A DNA stretch of 64,000 nt. Source: Octopus vulgaris. Lineage: Eukaryota. The notes under the pieces are model-generated. The model was not told where the DNA came from and ran no database searches. It saw only the letters and a list, made by a program, of their open reading frames with translations. The stretch spans positions 113,956,001 to 114,020,000 of the forward strand of contig OX597823.1 in the NCBI GenBank assembly GCA_951406725.2. Direction: 5' to 3'. Below, one piece after another: positions 13,650 through 26,864 of this stretch. Position numbers and translations under genes: made by a program. The stretch's first letter is position 1; each line of letters opens with the position of its first letter.

Positions 13650-14098
13650 AACTTGGCAGAATAGTAAGCACGCTGGACAAAATGCTGAACGGCATTTCGC
13701 CCGTCTTTACGATCCGAGATCAACTTCCGCAGAGGTCGACTCTACCTTTCATCCTTTCGAGTTCGATGAAATAAGCACCTGTTGAACGCTGGGACCGTTG
13801 TAATAGACATACCCCCTTCCACGAACTTCCTGGCCTTGTGGAAAAATTTGAAACCAGTAGTAGTAGTAGTAGTAGTAGTAGAAGTAGCAGTCCTTGTCAG
13901 GCGGCAAGCTGGCTGAATAGTTAGCATGCAGGGGAACATTCTTCGCGGAAATTCATCTGTCTTTCCTTTCAATATTCAAATTCCACCGTGGTCAACTTTG
14001 CCTTTCAATTTTTCGAGGGCAATTAATTACCAGTGGTGTACTGGAATTGATGTAATCGACTAGATCCCTCCCCCAAAATTTCAGGACTTGAGCCTATA
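13650..14098 (+). mobile_element. Two degraded family-B-related SINEs separated by (GTA)n
   Basis: TGGCAGAATAG..GAGGTCGACTCTACCTTTCATCCTTTCG and GGCGGCAAGCTGG..GTCAACTTTGCCTTTCA cores. Confidence 0.7.
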
Positions 14099-14125
14099 GT
14101 ATAAAATTATTATTATTAATATTGA

Positions 14126-14297
<172 letters not shown>

Positions 14298-15445
14298 CAG
14301 CAGCATCTTCATTATGATCATCAGCATCATCATCATCATCGTCGTCGTCGCCAATATCTCTGATTATCAGCAATATTTGCATTCGAACAACATTGTCTGT
14401 GCTCCCACACACCTCATCTTCAGAACTTCTTCGGCCATTCCACACTCGCTCAACCCCCCAATACTGACTCCGCTATCACTAGCTCTGTCTCGGTTTTCCT
14501 CCCTTTTTCTTTTGCCTATTTGTGTAATTATATTAACACCTCAGTAACATATCGTAAGAAAAAAACCAATATAAACCTTTCTTACGCCAAGATGGCGAAC
14601 ATTAAACACACATTCCTTCGTCTCATCATATAATTCGCATCGTACTTCACATCATTTCCTAATAAACACCAACTCCCACCCATATACATGGTATGTACAC
14701 ACAAATATACGTATATCTGTGCATATATATATATATATATATATACTTACACATATACACATGTATGCATGTATGTATATATGTATGTATGCATGCTCTG
14801 TACACGTCTTTATACCCTCTTCTCCTCGACTGGATTGTGTTATTGATACAGGTTATTTACTACGAAATCAGTAACATGTACTTATTTTTAAACAATTCCT
14901 ATTATGAGCAGCGACGATACTTCAATCTGAAATTAACATGTTTCATCTTGTAGCTTGGTCACCTTTAGGGAACACATAGTCCCCATAACACACTGCATCT
15001 CTTGTTCATTCGAAGTAGATTCTATGTATATTGTTCATTCAATGTCTTTCTCTTTTAGTGTCCTTCTTTGTATTTTTTCCTTTTGTACTTTTTTACCGTA
15101 TGCAATTTTTTTGTAAAATTTTCCTTCTTCTTTACTTTGTTTTGTCGTGATTGGAAATGTATTTTTGCATGGAAGCCATAATGTGTGAACGTCCATGTTT
15201 GTTTCCAAATCACGTCTTTTTTACTGTTTTTTTCCCGTTGTTTTTTTTTTCTTTCGTTCATTCTCTTTTAATACGAACTTGGTTGTTGATATTCTTTACT
15301 TCACTGTATGTGTTTGATTGCTCATTTTGTTTGTTTTCTCTGTTCTCTCTTCCTGTTATTACTATGGCTGATAGTGGTAGCCGTGGTGACGTGGGCGTTT
15401 ATACATTGTGAGCTATTCATATAATGTTATATGTGTGAGTGTGAG

Positions 15446-15488
<43 letters not shown>

Positions 15489-15558
15489 AGTATTTAAATA
15501 AAAAATGCATATACGTACATATATGTATGTATGTATGTATGTATATAAGTATGTATAT

Positions 15559-15640
<82 letters not shown>

Positions 15641-15840
15641 TCATACATGCATATGTATGTACATATATATATATATATATATATATAACATTGTTTCTTA
15701 GTTGTTTGAAATAACCTTCAGCACGACAATACAGGTTCTCGTGTACTCTTTATTGCCGATCCCGCTGTTCTGGCTAGAAAAGGTACTGGCCTGTATGCAT
15801 GTATGAATGTAGGATGTGTGTATGTGTCTATGCACACTCA

Positions 15841-15928
<88 letters not shown>

Positions 15929-16590
15929 TCTGTGTGCGTGTGTGAGTGTGTGTAACTGTGTGTGAATGAAGTGATTTGCAAGAACATATATTTATATATT
16001 CCCAATAGGGACATCTTGTTTTCCCTCTCCATTTCCGTCTAAATTAGATTATTCTACTGTTATATGTAAACGAAATTCACTGTAAGAAGCCCCGAAGGCA
16101 AAGCAGATTCACATCAGCAGCAGCAACAGCAGCAGTACCAGCGACTAACATAGTTTCTTCTTCTTCTATTACGACTACTTTTCATCCCTTTTAATGTACG
16201 TCTTACTTTGTGTTATCATCATCATAACATTAGTCATCCCCACCGCCTCATAAATGTAATCATCGCCACCGCCGCCATTATCGCCATCGTCATCCTCATC
16301 TTCATCATCAATGTAATTAATATCATCATCAGCATAATTATTGCCTTCGAGGAGGTGGTAATTTCGTTGGTATGTCACCGTCGTACTCATCACCATAATC
16401 ACCATCATCATTATATGCAAATTTAGTCAGCAGTTTTGCTGGCTTGAAGTTTGGTTCTGCTAAAATCTGAAGGATATTTTGGGGGAAAATCAACGAATTG
16501 CAATCTCATTATCGTTCAGGTCCTTAAGTACCAGTTGTGCAGGTATACCAAGTACAACGGGAACAGCTGTCACTTACGCATCCATAATAT

Positions 16591-16824
16591 CTATTTCTTT
16601 ACTACCTACAAGGGGCTAAACACAGAGGGGACAAACAAAGACAGACAAACGGATTAAGTCGATTACATCGGCCCCAGTGAGTAACTGGTACTTAATTTAT
16701 CGACCCCGAAAGGATGAATGGCAAAATCGACCTCGGCGGAATTTGAACTCAGAACGTAGCGGCAGACATAATACCGCTAGGCATTTCGCCCGGCGTGCTA
16801 ACGTTTCTGCCAGGTCGCCACCTT
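16591..16824 (-). mobile_element. SINE family B with TSD
   Basis: Full reverse copy flanked by ACGCATCCATAATA / ACGCATCCACAATA (16576 and 16826). Confidence 0.9.
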
Positions 16825-17194
16825 CACGCATCCACAATACCATCATATCTCTAGATTCTGATATTTTTCCATTTACTTTGGTACCCATTACATTATCTTA
16901 TTGGTGTTGCGAATTCTATGCTCTTACATTGTTTCCTTTTCCATTTGTGTCCCCGACAATCCTTATCTGATTTCCTTGCTTCAAAATTCTCTATTCGGCC
17001 TTTACAGTGAAAACTCCTTTTTTGTTATCCCAGCCTCTGGATCGTGTTCATACCACTGTTCTTTTACATTCCAATCAACTCCACGTTAACTTTCCGGTGT
17101 ACTCCTTTGCTGTAACAGTACGCATGTTCTTACACTCTTTTTGTTCTACATTAGGAGATGGTTATTACTTATGTAGACTTATGTAATCATGGTT

Positions 17195-17763
17195 TCTGAT
17201 TACAAATATCTTGGGTCATACATATCATCATCTGGAAAAGATTTTCTAACTAGAAAAGGTCAGCCTGCAATGATATGCATAACATCTTTTCATCAAATCT
17301 AAGTAGAGACTTCAAACTTAAAGTCTTGAAAGCCACAGTCGAACCAATTCTACTATATGGCTCAGAAACCTGAACGTTATAAAAGAAGCTTGAGAGGCGG
17401 TTGGATGGAACTTAAACTCGCCTCCTGATGAGAGCTCAAAATCTCTCGTGGAGGCACCATCCAACCAAAATACAAATATATGGGAAATTGCCACCTGTAT
17501 CATCTCTTGTGAAAGGTAGAAGAGTCCAGTTTGCTGGACATTGTTGTAGAGCTGAAAACGAGGCAATTTCTACTCTTCTCCTCTGGAAGCCATCTGCTCG
17601 CGATACCAGAGGGCGCACACTCTCCTACCCTGATGTAATCTCCAGGGATACAGTCATCCAGCAACAGTATCTCCGTAATGCCATGATGGACCGTGAAGTC
17701 TGGCGTAGCATGGTAAATTCCACTGTCTCGACCACGGTCGAACAATGATGATGATGATGATGA
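17195..17763 (+). mobile_element. RTE-clade LINE 3' fragment
   Basis: DYKYLGS, PILLYGSET, RRVQFAGHCCR and MMDREVWR motifs with stops; (TGA)n tail. Confidence 0.85.
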
Positions 17764-18148
17764 TTACTTATGTTCTCTTTCCATGGATTCTGTATTGGCG
17801 CTTTCCCTGATTTTATTAACTTTTGTCTGTATCAGGTTTGGTATAATCGCTTCTTCTCGAGTGGCTATAGTCAGCAATTCTGTTTCTCACTTTCACTTTC
17901 TCTCTGTTCTCTATAAACAGTGTTCATTACTTTCTACTTTCATCTGCACTTCGTTGCATGAATTGAGCATGTCATTTCTTCTCTTCCCAGTATTTTTTCC
18001 TACAGTTCTCTTTTCTGTTCTTGGATTCTCTTTATTTTCCAGCGATTTTATTTCACAGTTGTTATCGTTGTCACTGTCGACGTCGTTGTTGTTTGTTATG
18101 TCTAGTTATATGTTACAGCAACCAGTATAGAAGATATTTTCATATATA

Positions 18149-18319
18149 GGCGCAGGAGTGGGTGTATGGCAAGTAGCTTGCTGACCAACCATATGGTTCC
18201 GGGCCCAGTCGCACTGCGTGGCACCTTGAGCAAGTGTCTACTACTATAGCCTCGGGCCGACCAAAGCCTTGTGAGTGGATTTGGTAGGCGGAAACTGAAA
18301 GAAGCCCGTCATATATATG

Positions 18320-18354
<35 letters not shown>

Positions 18355-18563
18355 TTGTGTGTCTGCTGTGTTTGTCCCCCCAGCATCGCTTGACAACCGA
18401 TGCTAGTGTTTTTACGTACCCGTAACTTAGCGGTTCGACAAAAGAGTCCGATAGAATAAGAACTAGGCTTACAAAGAATAAGTCCTGGGGGTCAATTTGT
18501 TCAACTAAAGTCGGTGCTCCAGCATGGCCGCAGTCAAATGACTGAAACAAGTAAAAGAAAAGA
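18149..18563 (+). mobile_element. SINE family A, full length
   Basis: GGCGCAGGAGTGG...GACTGAAACAAGTAAAAGA. Confidence 0.9.
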
Positions 18564-18639
18564 GTATAGGATTACCTTATGAAATAAATAAACGAATATA
18601 TTTTCTATTTTCATTCATCCAACAAACAGCAAAGGAATG

Positions 18640-19990
18640 TTCAAAGATCAACCCAGTAGACAAGCATGCTTGTCCATGTTGTATATAGTGTTACAAATAA
18701 CCATTTTCCTCTGTTTAGTTTTTGTTCAGTACTCACAGGTGACAATTGTAATTGTCCAACAACCACCACATTTTTAAAAACAATTAATCCCCCAAAAAAT
18801 TCCAGCAGGAAGATAAACAGAAACATTATTATTTAATAAAAAGATAATCAGAAACAAAATCAATGTAAATTTCGCACACCTCCAACGACAAAAACAGATA
18901 GCTACACATCCAAATCGGTGAATATCAGAGGGATCCCTTAATATGAGCTGACATAGCTAACTGTAACATTCCTCATCAGATATAGGACAAACTTTTAAGC
19001 CATTGATCGAGATGCTGCTAAAGTTTCCTCGTTTTACAACCACATAGCAACATTTATCCAGACCAAACTCAAAATCTATATCCGTTGAGAATGTTGTTAC
19101 AAAGTCAGAGTTTTTTTTCATCTCATACAAACTCTTGGCATACAGTTTCGAGTCATTCATAAAGCAGCAGTTTGTAATTTTGATATTTGTTCCTTTGTGA
19201 AACAGTGAGATACCCTTCAGACTTTCTCAACACCAAGAGCAGAAATATATTCCATACATATTACTTTTGAAAGTTTTTTTTACTTATTTCAAGAGTGGCG
19301 ATGAGAGTATTTTAGAGCTTCTGGAATTTTAGACTCAGCTGGAAAGACTTCTAAAATTTCTGGATTTGGTTATTCACTATCGATTCCACTTCATCTTGAT
19401 TAAAATTGCAACCCAGTTTCTTAACTCCTTTGTATTGCTCAGTATTTATGAATAATTTTATTTGTTAAGATCTAATTCATTTAATGACAAATTATTTTTG
19501 TGACCCAAATAGTCAAATCACGTGATGTTTTTAAATCTTCGGAAACGGTTGAGTTTTCGTAGGCCTAAAGTTTCTTGTTTAACGACAAAAATAATTGTTG
19601 GCGCTTTGAGACGTTAAGAAATTTCCCTTTTAAGCAAATACTTTCGATCACTACTCGGTCATAGCCGTTGTTCTTCTGCGTTATAGCTATTCTCAGAGAA
19701 AGATTCCACGATATCTTTTGACCATTCTTAATAATCAAGATTCCAAATAATAAAAAAAGTGAATCCAACATCTTCCTCGTGCTATGAATTACGTTAAACG
19801 CAATTCTTTTGCCTTTAGTGATTGCTCAACCATCATTTTGTGTGAATGTTCGGTTATTAATTTCTGTTCCAAATTCTGCTTTTTGACGCATCAGCTGTTC
19901 GTTAATTGAATCTTTCTGTTCGGGAACATTGCCAAACCAAATTTTCAAATTTGATTCGCTTTGACCATTTCTGTTACTTTTTTCCCCTCA
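18640..19990 (-). mobile_element. Heavily degraded R4/Dong-like LINE RT region
   Basis: MNDSKLYAK..FSTDIDFEFGLDKC resembles YMDDLKLYAK..FSxDIxMEFGLDKC; boundaries uncertain. Confidence 0.6.
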
Positions 19991-20399
19991 ACTCGGTGTG
20001 TGAATGTTTGAAATGAAAGACCTTTCCACTTTATTTTGAGTTTTCTTTGGGAAAATTTGGAATGAAGAATTAGTTATATTCAAATGATCCTTTTAAGCAG
20101 CCTACCATAACTCAAATAATAGGGATATCATAATATTTTCTATTCACATTACGATGAGAACTCATAAAAGTTTACAAAGGCTATTATATAATATCAGTAA
20201 ATATGAATAACAGTATATACGAAACTGAAGACAACATTTTCATTATTTTTTAATCTGTTACAGATTCGATGAGGGAAAGAAAACCGTCTTCATTTCATTT
20301 TCGCCTACAGTCTCAAAGTTAATTATATTTAAACATGTAAGGTAGTATGATATGAGATATCAGTATCCAGAGCTTTGATTTTGCCCAAATCACTAATAC

Positions 20400-21065
20400 C
20401 ACCAGTGAACAGTGTATGAGTCAGATCACATACTTGCGTGTGTATGGAGGGGAGGAAATCAGGTGTAGTGTCGGCGAGTCTCAGGAAGCATGGAAGTTTT
20501 GAAGGATGCAGTGCTCCGACAACTAACAACTGATGCCGGCAGTTTGTTCCATATTTCAGCAACTCTTAGCGTGAAAAAATGTTTCCGAAATTCATGGTAG
20601 CTGTGCTGCTTTCTGACTTTGTAAACATGTCCACGGGTGTTAGACAGGTGGAGTTTGAAAAGGTGCTCAGAGTTATTGTTTGTAAGATGGTTAATAATTG
20701 TATGGGTGTCTTCCAAGTTAGCTGCCAGACATCGGAGTTTCAATGTATCCATGCTCAGGGAAGTAAGGCGTTCAGAATATGGCAAATGCTTGATGGAGGG
20801 TATTCTTTTGGTTGCACGTTGCTGAACTGTTTCCAGACGATTAATATCCTGGGCAAGACCGGTGATGCAAATTCCAGGTGAGGCCGCACCTTGTCTGAGG
20901 CTATATAAAGCTTCAGATAGATAGCCGGAGAGCGGCTAACAAAGGACTTGGTAAGTGATGCCAAGACACCCTCAGCCTTCTTGGTAAATTTAGCAATGTG
21001 TTTTGTCCAAGGCAAATCGCTGTCGACAATAATGCCCAGGTCACGTTCACAAGGTGACATTTTGA
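20400..21065 (-). mobile_element. CR1-clade LINE 3' fragment
   Basis: ERDLGIIVD, VRPHLEFAS, YSERL, NTRGH..K and FFTLRVAEIWNKLP motifs across frameshifts. Confidence 0.88.
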
Positions 21066-21824
21066 GATTATTATAATTTCACCTTTCATCCGTTTCATGT
21101 TTTTGTCCCCACTTGTATTGTCCTGTCTGTCCTTGTGCCGTCCCCTCTGTATTTTGGGCCCTTGTGCCAAATAAAGAATAAGGTAGTTGCATGAAAACTG
21201 AATCTTTTGATACTACATACGTCAAAATCGGCAACAGTTTTCGAAAGAATGAGGAAGATACGCACACACACACATGCATACACAAAAACACACAAACTCT
21301 CTTTATATAATCCAATTAACCTATAATTGGACTAGATGTTGGTTCAACATATATACGAAATTTGGTGAGCATAGGTTCTCTGGTTCGGGCAGCAAGATGG
21401 TAACAATTAGACGGACACACAGGCAGATAGAAATTGCCTTGAAAATATAAAATATATAAATATATGTATGTATGTATGTATTTATATATATATGTATATA
21501 TATATATATATGTATATATATATAATAATATCCACTTTCAAAACTAACACTGTTATTTCAAATGTTAATCCTTCGCGTTCAAGTTTAGTGCATAGACTGA
21601 TTTAAATATATTGTAGTAGAGTAATCTATATATACACGGTGACTTGACTGTAGTGTAACAGAACATATTGACTAAGATGTAAAGTATTTATTTGTTGTAG
21701 TATATTCGATATACTTAGAAGTACATCTGTTTAACGAAATGCAACATAATTTCAAAATTTAAAGTACATTTGTAATACTATATTCGGACCATTATCACGT
21801 ACATTTCAATCATTTTCCTCGTTA

Positions 21825-22050
21825 CATATTTCAAAACGATATATCCTTCCTTCGTCATATTGTATTTCAAGTTTTCATTATAGACGCTTTCAAATATTTA
21901 TTATAGTATTATTCAAGCCTTTATCATACTATATTACAAGCTTTTGTGATATTGAATTACAAAATTTTGTCACATTTATTTCAAAATTTATAGCAATATT
22001 TCGAAGCTTTATCTTAAAGTATTTCTAAGATTTATCATATTCTATTTCCG
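21825..22050 (+). repeat. Degenerate ~23-24-bp minisatellite
   Basis: Recurrent ATT(T/A)CAAG(C/T)TTTATCATA-like unit, roughly 9 copies. Confidence 0.5.
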
Positions 22051-22193
22051 TAGGATATATGCGATGTAAGTGAGATGTGTTCATATTGAAAATTAATCCG
22101 CTGCTTTCAACGCCTTTAATAGCATGAAATAGTATTTCACAATGCCACATCGCAAAACGGAATAATATATTCGGCAATATGATGCAACATTCA

Positions 22194-22224
<31 letters not shown>

Positions 22225-22243
22225 GTTGTTGTTATTATTATTA

Positions 22244-22317
<74 letters not shown>

Positions 22318-22320
<3 letters not shown>

Positions 22321-23515
22321 TATTTTTATTTTTATAGCGTGCTTTCACTTCACTACCGAGCGCAGCTCTGTGTGCCTTGGGTATGTGCTGTGATTTGTTG
22401 TGATGCTCTGATGGTTATTGTATGGAAAGTATTCTGCGTAGGATGTGTGCAGTGCCTAGTAGTGCAATTTTCTATATGTTATATGTGTTTGCATGTCCTG
22501 GTGTTTTTGTTATGTATTTGTCTGAATATTTTTTTATCATGCCTAATGCACCTACTATGATAGGAATTGTTTCCGTTTTCAGGTTCCACATTCTAGTTAT
22601 CTCTATTTCCAGGTCTTTGTATTTTGAGAGTTTCTCCATTTCTTTTAGAGACACTTTGTCATCTGCCGGTATTGATACATCAATTAGAAAGCATTTTTTT
22701 TCTTCATGATCTCTGACAACTATATCTGGTCTGTTGGCCTTAATTTCTCTATCTGTGTGTATTGGCATATCTCAGAGTATGGTTGCTTTCTCGTTTTCTG
22801 TGACTTTTTCTGGTTTGTGCCTATACCATCTTTTTACTGTTGTTATTTCATAATGTTCGCATAGCTTCCAGTGTATATAGGTCCCAACCCTGTCGTGTCT
22901 GTGAATATATTCCTTCTTAGCCAGGACTCGGAAGCCAGAAATAATATGATTTATTGTTTCTTTTCCATCTCCACATATTCTGCAGTTACTTGATATATTT
23001 CTTTTCATTACATGCTTTTGGTAAATTTGGTGGGGAGGCTTTGGTCTTGTGCTGCAATTAAAAATCCTTCTGTCTCTGCTTTGAGTCCTGAGCTTCTCAA
23101 CCATCGCTGGGATTTTTCTTTGTGTATTTCTTTTGCATTTAGTTTAGTCCAGTATTTGCCATGAAGAGGCTTTTCTTGCCATCGTTTTATCGTGGTTCGT
23201 TGCTGTTCTATTTTCAGTTTGGATTTCATTTGTTTTATAGCATTTGTTGTTTCTTCATTTTTTCTCTTCTTCTTCTTCTTCTTCTTCTTCTTCTTCTTCT
23301 TCTTCTTCTTCTTCTTCTTCTTCTTCTTCTTCTTCTTCTTCTTCTTCTTCTTCTTCTTCTTCTTCTTCTTCTTCATATTTGTTAGGTGGTATGATTTCTT
23401 GTTTGTATTTGTCAGCTTCCTTAAATACTGAGAACAGTTTTTTTTTGCTCGTGTTTTGGCTCTATTTGTATCAGTTTTCCTTCCTTCTGAAGTAGATATT
23501 TTTGCAGTCCTATCA
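22318..23515 (-). mobile_element. R4/Dong-like LINE 3' fragment (CCHC + restriction-like endonuclease)
   Basis: ETEGFLIAAQDQ, CRIC..ETINHIISG, RHD, NRPDIV, IDVSIP, EKLSKYKDL and GALG motifs; (TAA)n tail. Confidence 0.9.
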
Positions 23516-23524
23516 TGGTTATTA

Positions 23525-23607
<83 letters not shown>

Positions 23608-23608
<1 letters not shown>

Positions 23609-24423
23609 TATGTTTGACTTTTGCTGGCTCCAAGTCTCACCCAGAGACCTCAAGAGACAAGAAGTTGGAAGTTCATTTTGGTGTTATGCCTATGTGCCAT
23701 ATATTTGGTTTTGTACTTAGTGTTGTACTAATGAAAGCCTAAAAAACCATACGAAAATTGTTTGTTTTAAAACTTGAGATTAAAGTATTTTGCGTAGGAT
23801 ATGATGAGTTCCTATGAGCACTATCTTTTGAATTTCTGCCATTTTGGGGTTTCCTGGTATCTGAGTTAGGTAGCAATCAGCCCCTTTTGCTATCATTCCC
23901 AGGGCACCTATGACTACTGGTATTGTTTTAGTCTTCAGGTTCCACATTTTGCTGATTTCTATTTCCAGATCTTTATATTTGCTCAGTTTCTGGTAGGTTT
24001 TGACAGATACGTTTATATCGATTGGGACAGACATATCAATGAGGAGGCATGTTTTTAGTCTGAAGTCTTTTACTATGATGTCTGGCCTATTCGCGTCTAT
24101 CTTTCTGTCAGTTTTAATGGGGAAGTTCCAGAGGAGTGAGATGTGGTCATTTTCAAGCACTGGAGGTGGATTGTGTTCCCACCAGTTTTTTTCATGGGGC
24201 AAATCCAGGTTTTTGCAAATTACCCAGTGAATATATTGTGCAGCTCTATCATGTCTGTTGAGGTACTCTGTAGGCGCTAGAAGACTGCACTTGGAGACAA
24301 CATGATCAATGGATTCATTTTGTTGTTGACATACACGACATGTTGGGCTACTGCCGTTCTTTAATATGTTGGCCTAGTAGTTCTTTGTAGGTAGGCATTG
24401 ATCTTGAGCTGCTATGATAAGCC

Positions 24424-24425
<2 letters not shown>
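23608..24425 (-). mobile_element. Second R4/Dong-like LINE 3' fragment
   Basis: NRPDII..IDMSVP..QKLSKYKDL..GALG, with its own 3' UTR and (TAA)n tail. Confidence 0.9.
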
Positions 24426-24510
<85 letters not shown>

Positions 24511-25563
24511 CTTGGGCATTGATTGTGTAGAACCCTGCGAAATTGTTCTTCATGTCTGTTTTGTACTTCTTCCCTTGTAGTCCCGTTTTCCTCAGCTCTC
24601 AATCTTCCCTCGTTTCTATCTGTCACTAGCAAGGTTTCCTTACTTTGGTTTAGGTATATAGCATTAAGCTCTCGAGTTCGATAAGCACGCAGTCTTCCAC
24701 ACTTATCAGACACCTTCCTCCATTTGCTCTCTTCATGTGTAGGCGATCAATGTCTACACGTGGATGATGAGTGTCATGCATTGTTAGAAGCTTTCTTGAC
24801 TTCCTGACAATCTCCTTTAGTTCCTCCTCTGTTCACTTCAGGATTCCAGCGCCATACCGAACTACTGCGACTACGCGCGTGTTTATGATTATTACCGAAA
24901 TTATGTTTCTGGCATTCAGCTTTGAAGCCAATTTTTTTCTCACTCGACGCAGGTGCTCTCTTTTTGTTTTTTCCTTCATCAACATCGTAGCACATTTCGA
25001 GTGTTGAAACTCCATCTTAATATCATTGAAGACAATCAGCACAGACTGGAAGATTCCTCTTTTGATTTTCACCCCTCCCAGTACTTGCTTCCTAGCCGTA
25101 AATTCCGTCCTCCGGTATTTCATGCTATGCCATATAACGTTTCTCATATTCTCTGCTACTCCATACATTTCCATTATTTTTATTATCCAGGAGTGTGGAT
25201 CATATCGTATGCCTTGCGATAGACAGCCCATGCCATGCTCAGGTTTGTATTTCTTTTCTTGCAGTTTCTGATAATTAGATTATCAATTAAGAGCTTATCC
25301 TTCGCTCTCCTGCTTCTCTTTCGGCACTCTTTCTTTTCAATGGGTAGCAGCCCACTTCTTTCCAGGTATCTGTACAGTTCACCGACCAAAGCACATGGCA
25401 TTAGTTTCCACATTAGCGGAAGGCATGCTATTGGTTCAAATTTGGATGTAACAGTACCTTTTTCAGGATCCTTAGCATATAACAATGTCTTTCCCTTTGT
25501 CATCGTAGTGTTTAAGAGCGCGGTTACTAATCCCAAGATTCCGAATTCGAATCCAGGCGGTGA

Positions 25564-25566
<3 letters not shown>
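24511..25566 (-). mobile_element. R4/Dong-like LINE RT fragment with internal deletion
   Basis: PIACLPLMWKL, KDKLLID, LSMAW..YRKAYD and IKRGIFQ, then a jump to DIKMEF. Confidence 0.85.
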
Positions 25567-25613
<47 letters not shown>

Positions 25614-25631
25614 TAATAATAATAATAATAA

Positions 25632-25662
<31 letters not shown>

Positions 25663-25690
25663 AAGAATAAGAAGAAGAATGATAATAATG

Positions 25691-25733
<43 letters not shown>

Positions 25734-25739
25734 CAACAA

Positions 25740-25880
25740 CATCGAAAAATACCTTGGGAATGAAAACCCAGGTTCGGAATTTCCCCAAGATACCTGATGA
25801 AGGCTGGAGGGTATATCAGCCGAAACAAGATGAGGACAAATATCCATCGAATGTAAAAAAATGTAAGCAATGTCTAAAAT
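25740..25880 (+). mobile_element. Penelope-like terminal repeat fragment with partial hammerhead
   Basis: CTGATGA-A-GGCTG(10 nt)CAGCC-GAAAC at 25794-25826, after a (TAA)/(CAA) tract. Confidence 0.6.
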
Positions 25881-26414
25881 GTATTGTTATAATTATCAAG
25901 ACACTAGATACAGTGAAGGAACAACAGAAATTGTTAATTTTTTCTGACAACTTAATACCAGTTTAAGCCCGGTGTAATTCTGCTCGCAGATGCTTACTCG
26001 GAGTACACTCATTCATTCACGATATTGTAACTTCTCTCGCCATTTTCTCAACAAATTCACAAATTCAAGTTGAGCAATATTTCTCTCCTTCTCTCCCTCT
26101 TTCTCCTCTCTCATCCTCTGTTTCTCTTTCTCCATCTACCTCTCTCTCCTTCACTCTAACCCACTATCCTTGACTTTCTCCCTCTCTCTTTACCATTAAC
26201 TTTCTCTGTAGGTATGATCCGAAGAAATTATTGAGGCCAGAATCGAGGAGGAAAATATTTTTAGCCGTCTTAATCTTGCCTATATATTCATTTAGATCAA
26301 TCATTCTCAGAAGTTTTGATTTTGTGGTTCGATTGAGCGTTTCATTCATTTAGCAGTCGCGAGGGCTCCTACTTCTCCAGCTGATATAATTTCTCTCTTG
26401 GCTCCACAAAACAT

Positions 26415-26507
26415 TTTTGCTCCTACCACTGAGATCTGCAGCCGCGGCCGGCTTCAACCGGGCTCGTGCCCGCAGCTTCCATGCAAGATGCGGCGTCCTC
26501 CTACTCG
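26415..26507 (-). pseudogene. 28S rRNA-derived fragment
   Basis: Minus strand CGAGTAGGAGG...GCAGATCTCAGTGGTAGGAGCAAA matches the conserved LSU CGAGTAGGAGG...GCAGATCTTGGTGGTAGTAGCAAA. Confidence 0.85.
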
Positions 26508-26778
26508 ATCTGGTATTTAGTATTGAGCTTAGTTTTATGACTTAATTTTACGCGCCACGCAATGTCCGCACTTAGACCTTGCTGCTCTTTGAAATGTGAA
26601 TTAAAGTAAATATCTCGCAGCTTTCTGTGCAACGCTATAAATGACCCTGAGGATTGCTGACTAGAGATGAAATACAGCAAAATATCTGTGCGCCTTTTAT
26701 GGGAAGTTTCTTTTTTAAAAATGAAACATATATTGCAATTTTTGAAAATTGCAAAAAATTTAGATAACTAATTCTTAC

Positions 26779-26864
26779 CTTCTTGTATTAATCATATTTC
26801 TGTTTAGCACAACACTAAACAAGACTTTCAGAACACTCCAACATCAACATAGATTTTCTAAAGC
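26779..26864 (-). other. Candidate non-coding exon (86 nt)
   Basis: Acceptor TATTTGTTCAG|G, donor AAG|GTAAGA. Confidence 0.3.

Noticed and set aside
26646-26680. Hammerhead-like CTGAGGA...GAAA
   Set aside because: No convincing stems or cleavage triplet.
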